From the NCBI GenBank assembly GCA_035510155.1, contig DATKHR010000379.1:5273-69272 (forward strand): DNA of 64,000 nucleotides. The letters are read 5' to 3'. A model generated the notes under the pieces. It was not told the origin of the DNA, did not search any database, and worked only from the letters and a program-made list of their open reading frames with translations. Made by a program: the position numbers and the translations under genes. Below are positions 49,260-59,029 of the stretch, in pieces. Position 1 is the first letter of the stretch. Each line of letters opens with the position of its first letter. The DNA comes from Vicinamibacterales bacterium. Lineage in GTDB: Bacteria; Acidobacteriota; Vicinamibacteria; Vicinamibacterales; CAVVIG01.

Positions 49260-51782
49260 CTACTCGGCGCGAAGGGTCGAGAGCGGCTTGTTCCGCAGGA
49301 CGTCGAGACTCGAGAGCACGCCGATGGCGGCCACGAGCATCGACGTGAGGACGACCCCGGCGATGTGCTCGCTCGGGAAGATCCGCCACGGGATCTCGAG
49401 CGCGTATCGGCTGACGCCCCACGTGAGTACGATAGCGCCCAGCGAGCCGACGAGCCCCGCGAGCGATCCGAGGACTCCATATTCCAACAGGAGCATCCGG
49501 GCGATTGTGCGCGTATTGGCGCCCAGCGTCTTGAAGACGGCGGCCTCGTACAGCCGCTGGAACTTTGTCATCGCGACGGCACCGATGAGAATCAACGCCC
49601 CGCTGAAGAGCACCAGACCGCCCACCACCGTGATGGCCAGCGTCACCTTGGACATCACGTCGCGAACGGTCTCGAGAACCTCGCGAAAGTCAATGACCGA
49701 GACATTGGGGAACTTCTCGACGAGATCGTGTTGGAATCGGGCGCGCTCGGTCGGGTCCTGCGGCCCCTTGATCGGCGAGACGAAGGTCTGCGGTACGCGA
49801 TCGAGCGAACCCGGCCGGAAGACAAACATGAAGCCGCCGTTGCGCGATTGGCGCCACTCGACGTCGCGAACGCTCGTCACCCTCGCACTGACCGACTGCC
49901 CGAGGATATCGAAGCGCATCGTGTCCCCGACGTGGATGTTGAACCGCTCGCGAATGCCTCGCTCGATCGAGACTTCCGGGTCCGTCGACGGACCGTTCCA
50001 GAACGCCCCTTCCCGCACCCGCTCGTTCGCCTCGAGGTGGTCACGGTAGGTGATGGTGTATTCACGCGCCAACGACCCGCGCCGGCGAACGTCCTCGACC
50101 CCCTCTATGTCCGTCTGGCGCCCCGACACCCCGGTCACGCGCGCGCGCATCACCGGAATGAGCTGGATTTCCCCCGCCCTGCTGGCGACAAATGCGCGCA
50201 CCCCGTCAGCCTGCCTTGGCTGGATGTCGAGCAGAAACATGTCGGGAGCGTCCTCGGACACCTGGAGCGAGAACTCGCTCAACAGCGTCGCCTGCAGCGA
50301 ACGCACGCCGACGATGAAGAAGGCGCCGAGACCGACCGCCAGCAGAATCACTCTCGTTTGGTTGCCCGGCCGCGATAGGTGCAGCACCGCGTGCCGCAGC
50401 GGAAACGAACGCGAGCTCGCCAGAGGCGACACGAGCGCCACGAGCGCCCGCCCGGCCAGCTGCAACACGAAGGCGAGCCCGGCGAAGCTCGCGCACACGA
50501 TGAGGCCGATTCTGAGCGACGCGGCCTGCCAGGCCGTGATCGCCACGAGCCCGGCCGCGATGGCCACCAGCGCCGCCACGCCGAGCCAATCTCGATGGCG
50601 CCGGACGGCTTCGTCCCGTAGCAGCAGCGATGGCCTGATGAACCTCACCTGCAGCAGCGGCGCGAGCGAGAACAGCAGCGACACGAGCACGCCGATGCCG
50701 ATGCCCTGAAGGGCTGCGCTCCACGCCACACCGTAATGCGCCTGTGCAAAGAGAGACGATGAAGATCCGAGCGCGAGCGGAATCGACGCGACCGCGGCGG
50801 CCGCGAGCGCGACGCCGAGCAGGCTGCCCGCGAGGCCCAGCGCGACGACTTGCAGAATGTAGACGGCGATGATCTGCGCGCTTCTCGATCCCACGCATTT
50901 GAGCACGGCGATGCTGCGAATCTTCTGCAAAATGAACACGCGGGTGACGCTCGAGACGGCGATCCCTCCGAGGATGACGATGACCAGGCCGACCAGACTG
51001 AGATAGTTCTCTGCGCGGTCGAAGTCGCGCCCGACCTGATCCTCGTTCGAGCGGTACGACCGGACGTTGATGAATTCGTCGCGCAACTCCCGTCGGAGCG
51101 CCCTTACCAGCGGATCGATGCGATCGTCGGGGACTTTCGCCTGCAGTTGCCGCCCCGCCCGGCTGCCGAAAGCGAGAAGGCCGGTCGACGGCAGATCCGC
51201 ATAGTCGATCAACATCCGCGGACCGAGGCTGAAACCGCCCACGCCGCGCCCGGGCTCCCTTGCGAGGACAGCCCGGATCGTGAACGCCGTCTGTCCGATG
51301 ACAATCGAATCGCCCACGTTGACCCCGAGCGCGGTCAGCAGTTCGGGCCGTACGATTGCCCCATGTCCTTCGACGAGAGCATGCCCGAACGGCTGATCGC
51401 CCTGCAGCGTCAGGACTCCATACAGTGGAAACCCGGCCTGTACGGCCCTCAACTCCACCATTTTCGCGATCGGCCGCCCGTCGGCCGGCCGCGCCATCGT
51501 CGGCGTCTCGATCGTTTCTGTGCGCGCCGTCGCGCCAGCCTCAGCGAGACGCCGATCGATCGTCGATCGCGCCAGCTCCGACCACTCGCGATTGGTCCCG
51601 ATCGCCACATCGGCGGCGATTAGTGCCTTCGCCTCGGTGCCGAACACGACGCGCGCGCTCTGAATGACCGACCGCAGCGCGACAATGGCGGCGACGCCGA
51701 CGGCGATACAGACGAAGAAGAACAAGAGGCGGCGCCACGAGGCGCGCGTCTCGCGAACGGCCATGCGAAGGACGAATCTCAT
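49260..51782 (-). CDS. ABC transporter permease with duplicated FtsX domains (YbbP-like)
   Basis: ORF as given, 840 aa. Two FtsX-type 4-TM modules. Confidence 0.85.
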   Translation of the reverse strand: MRFVLRMAVRETRASWRRLLFFFVCIAVGVAAIVALRSVIQSARVVFGTEAKALIAADVAIGTNREWSELARSTIDRRLAEAGATARTETIETPTMARPADGRPIAKMVELRAVQAGFPLYGVLTLQGDQPFGHALVEGHGAIVRPELLTALGVNVGDSIVIGQTAFTIRAVLAREPGRGVGGFSLGPRMLIDYADLPSTGLLAFGSRAGRQLQAKVPDDRIDPLVRALRRELRDEFINVRSYRSNEDQVGRDFDRAENYLSLVGLVIVILGGIAVSSVTRVFILQKIRSIAVLKCVGSRSAQIIAVYILQVVALGLAGSLLGVALAAAAVASIPLALGSSSSLFAQAHYGVAWSAALQGIGIGVLVSLLFSLAPLLQVRFIRPSLLLRDEAVRRHRDWLGVAALVAIAAGLVAITAWQAASLRIGLIVCASFAGLAFVLQLAGRALVALVSPLASSRSFPLRHAVLHLSRPGNQTRVILLAVGLGAFFIVGVRSLQATLLSEFSLQVSEDAPDMFLLDIQPRQADGVRAFVASRAGEIQLIPVMRARVTGVSGRQTDIEGVEDVRRRGSLAREYTITYRDHLEANERVREGAFWNGPSTDPEVSIERGIRERFNIHVGDTMRFDILGQSVSARVTSVRDVEWRQSRNGGFMFVFRPGSLDRVPQTFVSPIKGPQDPTERARFQHDLVEKFPNVSVIDFREVLETVRDVMSKVTLAITVVGGLVLFSGALILIGAVAMTKFQRLYEAAVFKTLGANTRTIARMLLLEYGVLGSLAGLVGSLGAIVLTWGVSRYALEIPWRIFPSEHIAGVVLTSMLVAAIGVLSSLDVLRNKPLSTLRAE

Positions 51783-52627
51783 TGCGGATTGCGGACTGCG
51801 GATTCCACCCCAGGGCGGCTGCCGCCCTGGGGGCCCCGGGATTGCGGACTGATTGCAGGTTGTGGATTGATAGCCGATTGCGGATTGCGGTTTGCCGACT
51901 GGGGATTGGCCGAGAACCGCGCTCCAGAATCCGCAGTCCGCACTCCGGGATCCGCAATAGAAAGGGTGCTGTCGATAACGCGCCCGTCGCGCAGGACGAG
52001 CGTGCCGTCGGCCATCGCCGCCAGCTCCGCGTCATGCGTCACGAGGACGATCGTGCTTCCCCGCCGGGCATGCACGGTCCGCAAGAGATCCATGATGTGC
52101 CGGCCGTTGCTGCTGTCGAGATTGCCGGTCGGCTCGTCCGCCAGGACGATCGATGGATCGTTGGCCAGGGCGCGCGCGAGCGCGACGCGTTGCTGCTCGC
52201 CGCCTGACAGCTGCGACGGGTAGTGATGGGACCGTCCGCGCAATCCGACCTCGTCGAGCAGCGCTTCCGTTCGCCGGCGCGTATCGCCGACGCCGGCGAT
52301 TTCCATGGGCACTGCGATGTTCTCGTAGGCCGTAAGCGACGGAATCAGGTGAAAGAACTGGAACACGAAGCCGATCTTCTCGCCGCGCAGCTTCGCGAGC
52401 GAGTCCTCGTCGAGGCGCGTGATGTCGACGCCGTCAATGACGACCTGCCCCGACGTCGGCGCATCGAGGCCGGCAATCAGCCCGAGCAAGGTGGACTTGC
52501 CGCTTCCCGACGGCCCGACCACGGCGGCAAACTGACCCTTGGGAATCTCCAGTGTCAACGGATGCAGAATCGTGAGCGGTTCGCTGCCGCTCATGACGGT
52601 TTTCGAGACCTCGCGCAACTCGATCAT
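51779..52627 (-). CDS. ABC transporter ATP-binding protein (YbbA/LolD-like) with repeat-encoded C-terminal tail
   Basis: ORF 51779..52684(-) trimmed to ATG 52627, an ATGA overlap with the upstream stop. Contains [24 protein letters not shown] and [10 protein letters not shown]. The last 60 or so codons are encoded by element C. Confidence 0.88.
   Translation of the reverse strand: MIELREVSKTVMSGSEPLTILHPLTLEIPKGQFAAVVGPSGSGKSTLLGLIAGLDAPTSGQVVIDGVDITRLDEDSLAKLRGEKIGFVFQFFHLIPSLTAYENIAVPMEIAGVGDTRRRTEALLDEVGLRGRSHHYPSQLSGGEQQRVALARALANDPSIVLADEPTGNLDSSNGRHIMDLLRTVHARRGSTIVLVTHDAELAAMADGTLVLRDGRVIDSTLSIADPGVRTADSGARFSANPQSANRNPQSAINPQPAISPQSRGPQGGSRPGVESAVRNPQ
51783..51958. repeat. heptamer-periodic inverted repeat element C (ATTGCGG-type units, internal perfect hairpin, CCGCAAT-type units)
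   Basis: Read directly. ATTGCGG/ACTGCGG-like units run from 51783. The hairpin is CCCCAGGGCGG-ctg-CCGCCCTGGGG (51808-51832). The complementary arm AATCCGC AGTCCGC ACTCCGG GATCCGC AAT lies at 51928-51958. Confidence 0.85.
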
Positions 52628-53343
52628 GATCCAGAACGCCCCTCGCCCTTTTGCTCCTCCGCCAGCGGTTTGAGCACGCGCCACACATTGTCGGCCACGA
52701 CGCGCGCACCGGCGGCAGTCGGATGAATCCCATCTGGCTGATTCAGTTGGTCAATCCCGGCGACGTTCCACAGCAGGAACGGCACGAACGGGATTCGGTA
52801 TTGCTCGGCAAGCGCCGGGTACACCCTGTGAAACGAGACGGTGTAGTCGCGACCGTAGTTCGGCGGCGCCTCCATCCCCGCCAGGATCACTTGCACGTGC
52901 CGGGCTTGTGCGCGCTCGATGATCTCTGACAGATTGCGCTTCAACGCCTCCGGCGGCAGCCCCCGCAGGCCATCGTTTCCGCCGAGCGCCACGACGAGAA
53001 TCCGTACGTCACCCTGAAGCGCCCAGTCGAGTCGGGACAGGCCGCCGGCGGATGTGTCACCCGAGACGCCGGCGTTGACGACCTCGTAGTCGAGCCCCTC
53101 GCCCTTGAGACGCTGTTGCAGCAAGCTTGGGTACGCCTGATCGACCGGCAGGCCGAGCCCGGCGGTCAGGCTGTCGCCGAGAATGACGATTCTCGGCAGC
53201 GGCTTTGCCCGCGCCTCGGTGCTTGTGGCCCTCGCGTTATCGGTGCCAGCCGACTTGTTGTCGTGTGCCTCGTCGCGACCTCCGCACGCCACTATCGAGA
53301 TCGTGGCCAAAAGCAACGCCGCCGCCCGCAGTCGATGCGCCAT
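52624..53343 (-). CDS. SGNH/GDSL arylesterase-thioesterase (TesA-like) lipoprotein
   Basis: ORF 52624..53460(-) trimmed to ATG 53343 (MAHRLRAAALLLATISIVAC lipobox). Contains ILGDSLTAG, GGNDGLRG and DGIHP. Confidence 0.8.
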   Translation of the reverse strand: MAHRLRAAALLLATISIVACGGRDEAHDNKSAGTDNARATSTEARAKPLPRIVILGDSLTAGLGLPVDQAYPSLLQQRLKGEGLDYEVVNAGVSGDTSAGGLSRLDWALQGDVRILVVALGGNDGLRGLPPEALKRNLSEIIERAQARHVQVILAGMEAPPNYGRDYTVSFHRVYPALAEQYRIPFVPFLLWNVAGIDQLNQPDGIHPTAAGARVVADNVWRVLKPLAEEQKGEGRSGS

Positions 53344-53398
53344 TCCCCTCTTGAAGTATTCTACCGGGATGGCTGCGGAAGCTGCCGCAGAAGGTCGA

Positions 53399-54958
53399 AT
53401 GACGAGCCTCGCCACACTCTCCGAGCAGCTCGCCGCTGGCGAGAGCCGGTCGATCGTCACCGAACCGGTGACGCTCGTGATCTTCGGCGGCGGTGGCGAT
53501 CTCGCTCATCGCAAGCTCCTGCCGGCGCTCTACAACCTTCACCTGGATGGGTTGCTGCCGCCGCGTGTCGCTATCGTCGGTGTCGGCCGGAGCGCCATTA
53601 CGGATGAGGCCTACCGCGCCTTCGCGAAAGACGGCATCAGCCGGTTCTCACGACGCCCGGTCGACGAGCGCGGGTGGCAGACGTTTGCTGCCTCGATCTT
53701 CTTCGCGACCGCCACCATCGACGAAGACAACCATGGGTTCGCCTCCCTCGGTGCCCGGCTGGACGTCATCGAGCACGAGCGCGGACTGACTGGCAATCGC
53801 GTTTACTATCTGGCGATTCCGCCGACGCTCATCGCGCCAACCGTCAACCAGCTCGATCGCGCCCGCTTCCTTCCGCGGGCGGTCACTCGCGTCGATCACC
53901 CTTTGCCGTTCGCCAGGTTGATCGTCGAAAAGCCGATCGGCCGGGATCTCGAAAGCGCTCGCGCCATCAACGACGCCGTGGCGCGCGTCTTCGACGAGCG
54001 CCAGATCTACCGAATCGACCACTACCTCGGCAAGGAGACCGTTCAGAACATCCTCGTCCTCCGGTTCGCAAACAGCATCTTCGAGCCGCTGCTCAACCAG
54101 AAATACGTCGACCACGTGCAGATCACCGTCGCCGAGGAAGAAGGGGTGGGAACGCGCGCGGGATATTACGAGGAAGCCGGCGCGCTGCGCGACATGGTGC
54201 AGAACCATATTCTCCAGCTGCTCTCGCTCATGGCCCTCGAGCCGCCGCGCTCTCTGGACGCGGATGTCGTTCGCGACGAGAAACTCGAAGTTCTCCTATC
54301 GCTGCGTCCCATTGATGGCGATGCCGTTGACGCCAACGTCGTGCGCGGCCAGTATGGGGCCGGATTCCAGGTCGGGAAGCCCGTGCGGGGCTATCGCGAA
54401 GAGGAGAAGGTCAAGCCGGATTCCCGAACGGAAACCTTTGTCGCGATGCAGGCTTTCATCGACAACTGGCGGTGGGCGGGCGTTCCTTTCTTCCTCCGAA
54501 CGGGCAAGCGCCTGCCGAAGCGCGCGAGCGAGATCTCGATCCACTTGAAGGCCGTCCCCCCAATCCTCTTCAATCGGCCGCCCGACGGCCATCTCGATCC
54601 GAATGTCCTCTCCATTCGCATTCAGCCCGACGAGGGGTTCGCTCTCGGCATCAGCTCAAAGATCCCCGGCCCCCGCGTCCGCATCTATCCAGTGCAGATG
54701 GATTTCCACTACGGCAGCACGTTCGGCGCGTCGTCGCCTGAGGCATACGAGCGGCTCTTGCTCGACGTGATGGCCGGCGACGCGACCCTGTTCATGCGGC
54801 GGGATGCCGTCGAAGCCGCGTGGCGCTGGGTGATGCCGATCCTCAACCGGTGGGAGGCTTCGACGGATCCCATTCCAACGTATCCGGCCGGCACCTGGGG
54901 ACCGGCCGAAGCCGATCGGCTTATTCAGTCGACGGGGCGAGAATGGCGGCCGCTGTAG
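53399..54958 (+). CDS. zwf: glucose-6-phosphate dehydrogenase
   Basis: ORF 53183..54958(+) trimmed to ATG 53399 (MTSLATL; alternative 53369). Contains IFGGGGDLAHRKL and YRIDHYLGKE. Confidence 0.92.
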   Translation: MTSLATLSEQLAAGESRSIVTEPVTLVIFGGGGDLAHRKLLPALYNLHLDGLLPPRVAIVGVGRSAITDEAYRAFAKDGISRFSRRPVDERGWQTFAASIFFATATIDEDNHGFASLGARLDVIEHERGLTGNRVYYLAIPPTLIAPTVNQLDRARFLPRAVTRVDHPLPFARLIVEKPIGRDLESARAINDAVARVFDERQIYRIDHYLGKETVQNILVLRFANSIFEPLLNQKYVDHVQITVAEEEGVGTRAGYYEEAGALRDMVQNHILQLLSLMALEPPRSLDADVVRDEKLEVLLSLRPIDGDAVDANVVRGQYGAGFQVGKPVRGYREEEKVKPDSRTETFVAMQAFIDNWRWAGVPFFLRTGKRLPKRASEISIHLKAVPPILFNRPPDGHLDPNVLSIRIQPDEGFALGISSKIPGPRVRIYPVQMDFHYGSTFGASSPEAYERLLLDVMAGDATLFMRRDAVEAAWRWVMPILNRWEASTDPIPTYPAGTWGPAEADRLIQSTGREWRPL

Positions 54959-56001
54959 TCGAACGCGCCTGGCGGCCCTCGACGCCTGATGCGGTCGAGC
55001 GCGATCTCGCCGCGCTCTGGCGGGACCTCTCACAACATGGCGCCATCGCCCGGGCCGTCATGTCCAACCTCGTCGTCTTCCGCTTGCGCGAACGGCGGTC
55101 GTCCGCCCGTCGCGGGCCCACGAGGTTGGAAGGGCGGGACGGGCCCGAAAGGCAGGATGGAGCCGGCGACTCGCTGGACGATCTCATCGACCGAGTGGTG
55201 GCTCGTCATCCGTCTCGCACGATCGTCATCGAGCACGACCGCGGCGATTACGATCCCGGCCAGCCGATGGGGGCCGACGTCGGAGTGAGCGTGTTCGGGC
55301 GGCCGTCGGCGAAGTACGCGATCGAGTGGATTGTCGTGCGATCCGCGTGCGCCGACGCGTCGCTCCCGTCGATCGTCCGGCGGTTCGTGCGCGGCGACGT
55401 CCCCACTTCGGTCTGGTGGACTGAAGACGTGTCGTGCGTGCCCCTGCGACTGGCACTCGTCGAAACGGGGCGGCAGCTCCTGTACGACAGCCGCCGATGG
55501 CGGAACCTGCCGGCCGGCATTCGAGCCGTCGCGCCTCTCCTGACCTCCGCACGCGTGGATGTCGCCGATCTCAACTGGCCACGGCTCGCTCATCTCCGGC
55601 TTGCGCTCGTGCACGCGTCGGCCTCCGTGCCTTCCGGGATCGCGGCCGGGGATACGCAGATCACATATCGCCCGGGAGAGGAGCCGCTTGCCTGGTTGTT
55701 GGCGGGATGGCTTGCTGCGCGCCTCGGCTGGTCGCCGAAAAAGTGGCCAACCATGAACGAAGGGCGTGACGACGACGATGTTCTATCGCTCCAGATGGGC
55801 GGTGACGCCGGTGTCCTGACCGTCACGCTCGACGACCATCGCGTGCGGCTCGAACAGCCCGGCGCGCCGCCGCTCGTGGCCGCCGTCCCCCGTCCGGCCG
55901 ACGCCGAGGCCATCGCCGCTCAGTTGCGCGCACGATCGACGGAAACGGCGCTGCGCGACGCGCTGACGTGGCTCTCGAAACGGATCGCATCGCCCGGCTG
56001 A
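54943..56001 (+). CDS. opcA: glucose-6-phosphate dehydrogenase assembly protein OpcA
   Basis: ORF 54820..56001(+) trimmed to ATG 54943 (MAAAVVERAW..VERDLAALW). It sits directly after zwf with a 16-nt overlap. Confidence 0.65.
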   Translation: MAAAVVERAWRPSTPDAVERDLAALWRDLSQHGAIARAVMSNLVVFRLRERRSSARRGPTRLEGRDGPERQDGAGDSLDDLIDRVVARHPSRTIVIEHDRGDYDPGQPMGADVGVSVFGRPSAKYAIEWIVVRSACADASLPSIVRRFVRGDVPTSVWWTEDVSCVPLRLALVETGRQLLYDSRRWRNLPAGIRAVAPLLTSARVDVADLNWPRLAHLRLALVHASASVPSGIAAGDTQITYRPGEEPLAWLLAGWLAARLGWSPKKWPTMNEGRDDDDVLSLQMGGDAGVLTVTLDDHRVRLEQPGAPPLVAAVPRPADAEAIAAQLRARSTETALRDALTWLSKRIASPG

Positions 56002-56026
56002 CGGCCTTCCGCCCTATAATCGCGAG

Positions 56027-58969
56027 GTGCCCTCGTCAACCCTGCACGCGCTCATCGCGCGCGCGGGCGCCGAGCTCCAGCGCGGCCACGGCCCGGAAGC
56101 CGCCCAAGTGCTGGCGCCCATGCTCCGCTCCTCGTTGCCCCGCGACGACGAGCTGGCGGTGCGCGCGATGCTGGCAGAGGCCGCCCTGCTGCAGGATGAT
56201 CTCGATCAGGCCGCCGCAGTCCTGGGACGCACGCCTGATACGTTCCGCGAGACGGTCTCGGCCGGCCGCCTTTCGGCGCTGTGGCGGCTGCACGGCTGGC
56301 TCGCCTGGGCCCGCGGAGACGACTCCCGCGCCATCGCGCTGCAGGGCCGCGCACTGAAACAGGCCGAGAGCGCTCACGATTCGCGCGCCATCGGGCTGGC
56401 CCACTACGAGCTGGGACGCTGCTACCGTCAGGTGGGCGACATCGCCATCCTGCGCGAGCACATCACCAAAGCCGCGTCAGCGCTTCACGCCGCCGGCGAT
56501 CGCCGCCACCTCGCGCTGGTGCATTCGCTGTCCAGCATCTCGCTCGCGCAGCTGGGCCGCCACGACGAAGCCATGGGGGCGCTCCGACAGGCCGAGCGTT
56601 TCGCGTCGCTCGTCCAGGCCGACGACGTCCTGGCGATGGTCTGCGGGAACCAGGCCAACGTGATGATGCTGCAGCACCGCTACGAGCAGGCGCTGGCGCT
56701 GGCCGAGCGAAGCGTATCGCTCCACGAAGCGCACGGCTCGGGCCACGGGCTGGCCGTGGCGCTGGCCACGCTCGGTCAGATCTGCGTGCGCCTCGGAGAT
56801 TTGGGGCGAGCGGAGGATGCCCTGCACCGCGCGCTCGACGTTCGCAGCCCCATCCAGTTTCACGAAACGACGGGCGCCGTGTTCGACACGCTCGCCCAGA
56901 TTCATTTCATTCGCGGCCACTACGACGCGGCCAGCGAGTTCCTCGCGCGCGCGGGCGACGCGTACGTTGCCAACGGCCGGCAAACCAGCCAATGGTACGA
57001 ATGGTCTGTCCGCGTGCTGGCCGCGCGCCTTGCCCTGCGCCGTGGCGACGTGGACCTGGCCATCGCCCGGTCCGACGAGCTCCGGCAAGCGGGTGCACCG
57101 CCGGTCGACGCCCTGCAGGCGACGCTCATCGCCGCGGAGGCGCTGACCGCGGCGAACCGGCTCGACGAGGCGCGCCAGCGTCTGGCGCTGGCAGCCGGTG
57201 CCCTCGATCCGAAAGCGGCGCCGGCGGTCTGGGGCGAGTACCTCCGGCTTCGGGGCGCCCTGCATGCGCGCAGCGGAACCTCCGCCGACGCCTATCACGA
57301 CTTCGCGCAAAGCGCGACATTGCTCGACCTGCTCGGCGAGCGCTACCAGGCGGCCCTCAGCGACCTCGCGCTCGGCCGTCTCGTTGCGGAAACCGGCGCC
57401 CGGTCCATTGCCGAACGGCACCTGCGAAAAGCCGAAGCCGTGTTCGAGCAGTTGGGCGCAGAACGGGATCTCGGCGACTTGCGGAGGGCCCAGGCCCTGC
57501 TGACGACCGTTGGCAGCGGCGAAAACGTCATCTCTCCGGCTGACGCCGACGATGCGATTGTCCGGCGGATAGTGGATGCGGCCGCGCTCGTCGACCTGCT
57601 TGGACGCGAAACCGCGGCGGCGCTGCACGAGGCCGCGTCCGCCGATTCGGCAGCCGTCGTGATCCAGCGTGGCGACGGGGACGTACAGGTCGTCGCCGTT
57701 GCCGGATGCGACGCCGACGCCGGACGCGCGATGGCGCGCGCCGCGCTTCAGGGGAGCCCCTACGGTCGAGGAGAATTCGTCGTCGAACCGCTCGGCCGCG
57801 ACCCCGAAGGCCTGCGGTTCGGCGTCGTCGCCTCGCCGAGGCCGGTTGGCCATCTCATCACGCGGCGGCTGCGGATGATTGGCGCTGTCGCGAGCCAGGG
57901 GTTTGCGTTGTGTGCCGCGCGTGAGCGCACGCCGTTGCCGGTCGGCGTGACGGTCGATCGGTCGCTCGAACCCCTCTTGCCCGGGTTCCTGGCCGCGGGC
58001 GCCGCCATGACGCGAGTCGTCGAGCAGATTCAACGGCTGCAGGGGAACGACCTTACGGTGCTCATCACGGGCGAGAGCGGGACCGGCAAGGAACTCATCG
58101 CACGCGCGATTCATGTTGGCTCGGTTCGCAGCGCGGCGATGTTCCTTCCCTACAACTGCACGACGACCGGCCGCGAACTGGCTGACAGTCAGCTGTTCGG
58201 CCACCGGCGCGGCGCGTTTACGGGCGCGGTGTCCGATCAGCCCGGTCTCGTGCGGACCGCGTCGGGCGGCACGCTCTTCCTCGACGAGATCGGCGATCTC
58301 CCGCTCGACGTGCAGCCTAAGCTGCTGCGCTTCCTCGAGCAGCACGAAATCATGCCGATCGGCGAGACGAAGCCGCAAAAGGTCGATATCCGCGTCCTCG
58401 CCGCCACCAACGCCGACCTCGAGCAGCGCGTCGCCGAGGGCAAGTTCCGGGAAGATCTTTATTACCGGTTGAGCGTCATCAGGATCCATGTCCCGCCGTT
58501 GCGGGAGCGCCGGGAAGAAATCCCGCATCTGAGCACGTATTTTCTTCGGGAAGCATCGGAGCGCCTGGGCAAGCCAGATATCCAACTGAGCTCCGATACC
58601 CTGGATGTGTTTTCCCAGTACTGGTGGCCGGGGAACGTCAGGCAGTTGAAGAACGAGATTCAGCGCGCCGTCGCGCTGAGCGCTCCGGGCGGCGTGATCG
58701 AGCCGACGCATCTCTCACCCGAGATCAGCACGACGCGCCTGGCTGGTGTGCTGTCGTCAGGCGCGGCGGTGCGGCCGTCAATGCGCCTGTCGGCAGCCAA
58801 TCTGGCTTCGGCCGTGGAGCAGGTCGAGCGTGAGATGATTCAGCATGCGCTCGATCGCAGCAGCGGCAACATTTCTGAGACAGCCCGGACGCTCGGACTC
58901 ACGCGGCGCGGCTTGTATTTGAAGATGCGGCGCCTCGGCCTGGATACGCGCGAAATGGACGCTCAGTGA
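56027..58969 (+). CDS. sigma-54-dependent transcriptional activator with a large N-terminal TPR region and a central sensory domain
   Basis: ORF as given, 980 aa. About 480 aa of TPR-like helices, then a central region, then the AAA+ activator (GESGTGKE, GAFTGA) and a Fis HTH (NISETARTLGLTRRGLYLKMRRLG). Confidence 0.85.
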   Translation: MPSSTLHALIARAGAELQRGHGPEAAQVLAPMLRSSLPRDDELAVRAMLAEAALLQDDLDQAAAVLGRTPDTFRETVSAGRLSALWRLHGWLAWARGDDSRAIALQGRALKQAESAHDSRAIGLAHYELGRCYRQVGDIAILREHITKAASALHAAGDRRHLALVHSLSSISLAQLGRHDEAMGALRQAERFASLVQADDVLAMVCGNQANVMMLQHRYEQALALAERSVSLHEAHGSGHGLAVALATLGQICVRLGDLGRAEDALHRALDVRSPIQFHETTGAVFDTLAQIHFIRGHYDAASEFLARAGDAYVANGRQTSQWYEWSVRVLAARLALRRGDVDLAIARSDELRQAGAPPVDALQATLIAAEALTAANRLDEARQRLALAAGALDPKAAPAVWGEYLRLRGALHARSGTSADAYHDFAQSATLLDLLGERYQAALSDLALGRLVAETGARSIAERHLRKAEAVFEQLGAERDLGDLRRAQALLTTVGSGENVISPADADDAIVRRIVDAAALVDLLGRETAAALHEAASADSAAVVIQRGDGDVQVVAVAGCDADAGRAMARAALQGSPYGRGEFVVEPLGRDPEGLRFGVVASPRPVGHLITRRLRMIGAVASQGFALCAARERTPLPVGVTVDRSLEPLLPGFLAAGAAMTRVVEQIQRLQGNDLTVLITGESGTGKELIARAIHVGSVRSAAMFLPYNCTTTGRELADSQLFGHRRGAFTGAVSDQPGLVRTASGGTLFLDEIGDLPLDVQPKLLRFLEQHEIMPIGETKPQKVDIRVLAATNADLEQRVAEGKFREDLYYRLSVIRIHVPPLRERREEIPHLSTYFLREASERLGKPDIQLSSDTLDVFSQYWWPGNVRQLKNEIQRAVALSAPGGVIEPTHLSPEISTTRLAGVLSSGAAVRPSMRLSAANLASAVEQVEREMIQHALDRSSGNISETARTLGLTRRGLYLKMRRLGLDTREMDAQ

Positions 58970-58976
58970 TGGATAC

Positions 58977-59017
58977 TGACTACTCAGTTTCCACCTCACT
59001 TGTATACTAAGTAGTCA
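58977..59017. promoter_or_regulatory. AT-rich inverted repeat between the activator gene and the PilZ gene
   Basis: TGACTACTCAGT (58977-58988), a 17-nt spacer, then ACTAAGTAGTCA (59006-59017). The arms are complementary at 11 of 12 positions. No T-tract follows. Confidence 0.4.
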
Positions 59018-59029
59018 TGCTGCCCAGAT

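Noticed and set aside
56477-58711. 744-aa minus-strand ORF. The same reasoning applies to 8539..9906(+), 46268..47632(-), 21275..22216(-), 40760..41902(-) and 62427..63413(+).
   Set aside because: All are long antisense or straddling shadow ORFs opposite genes with clear homology. They have extreme R/G/A/P content and no motifs.
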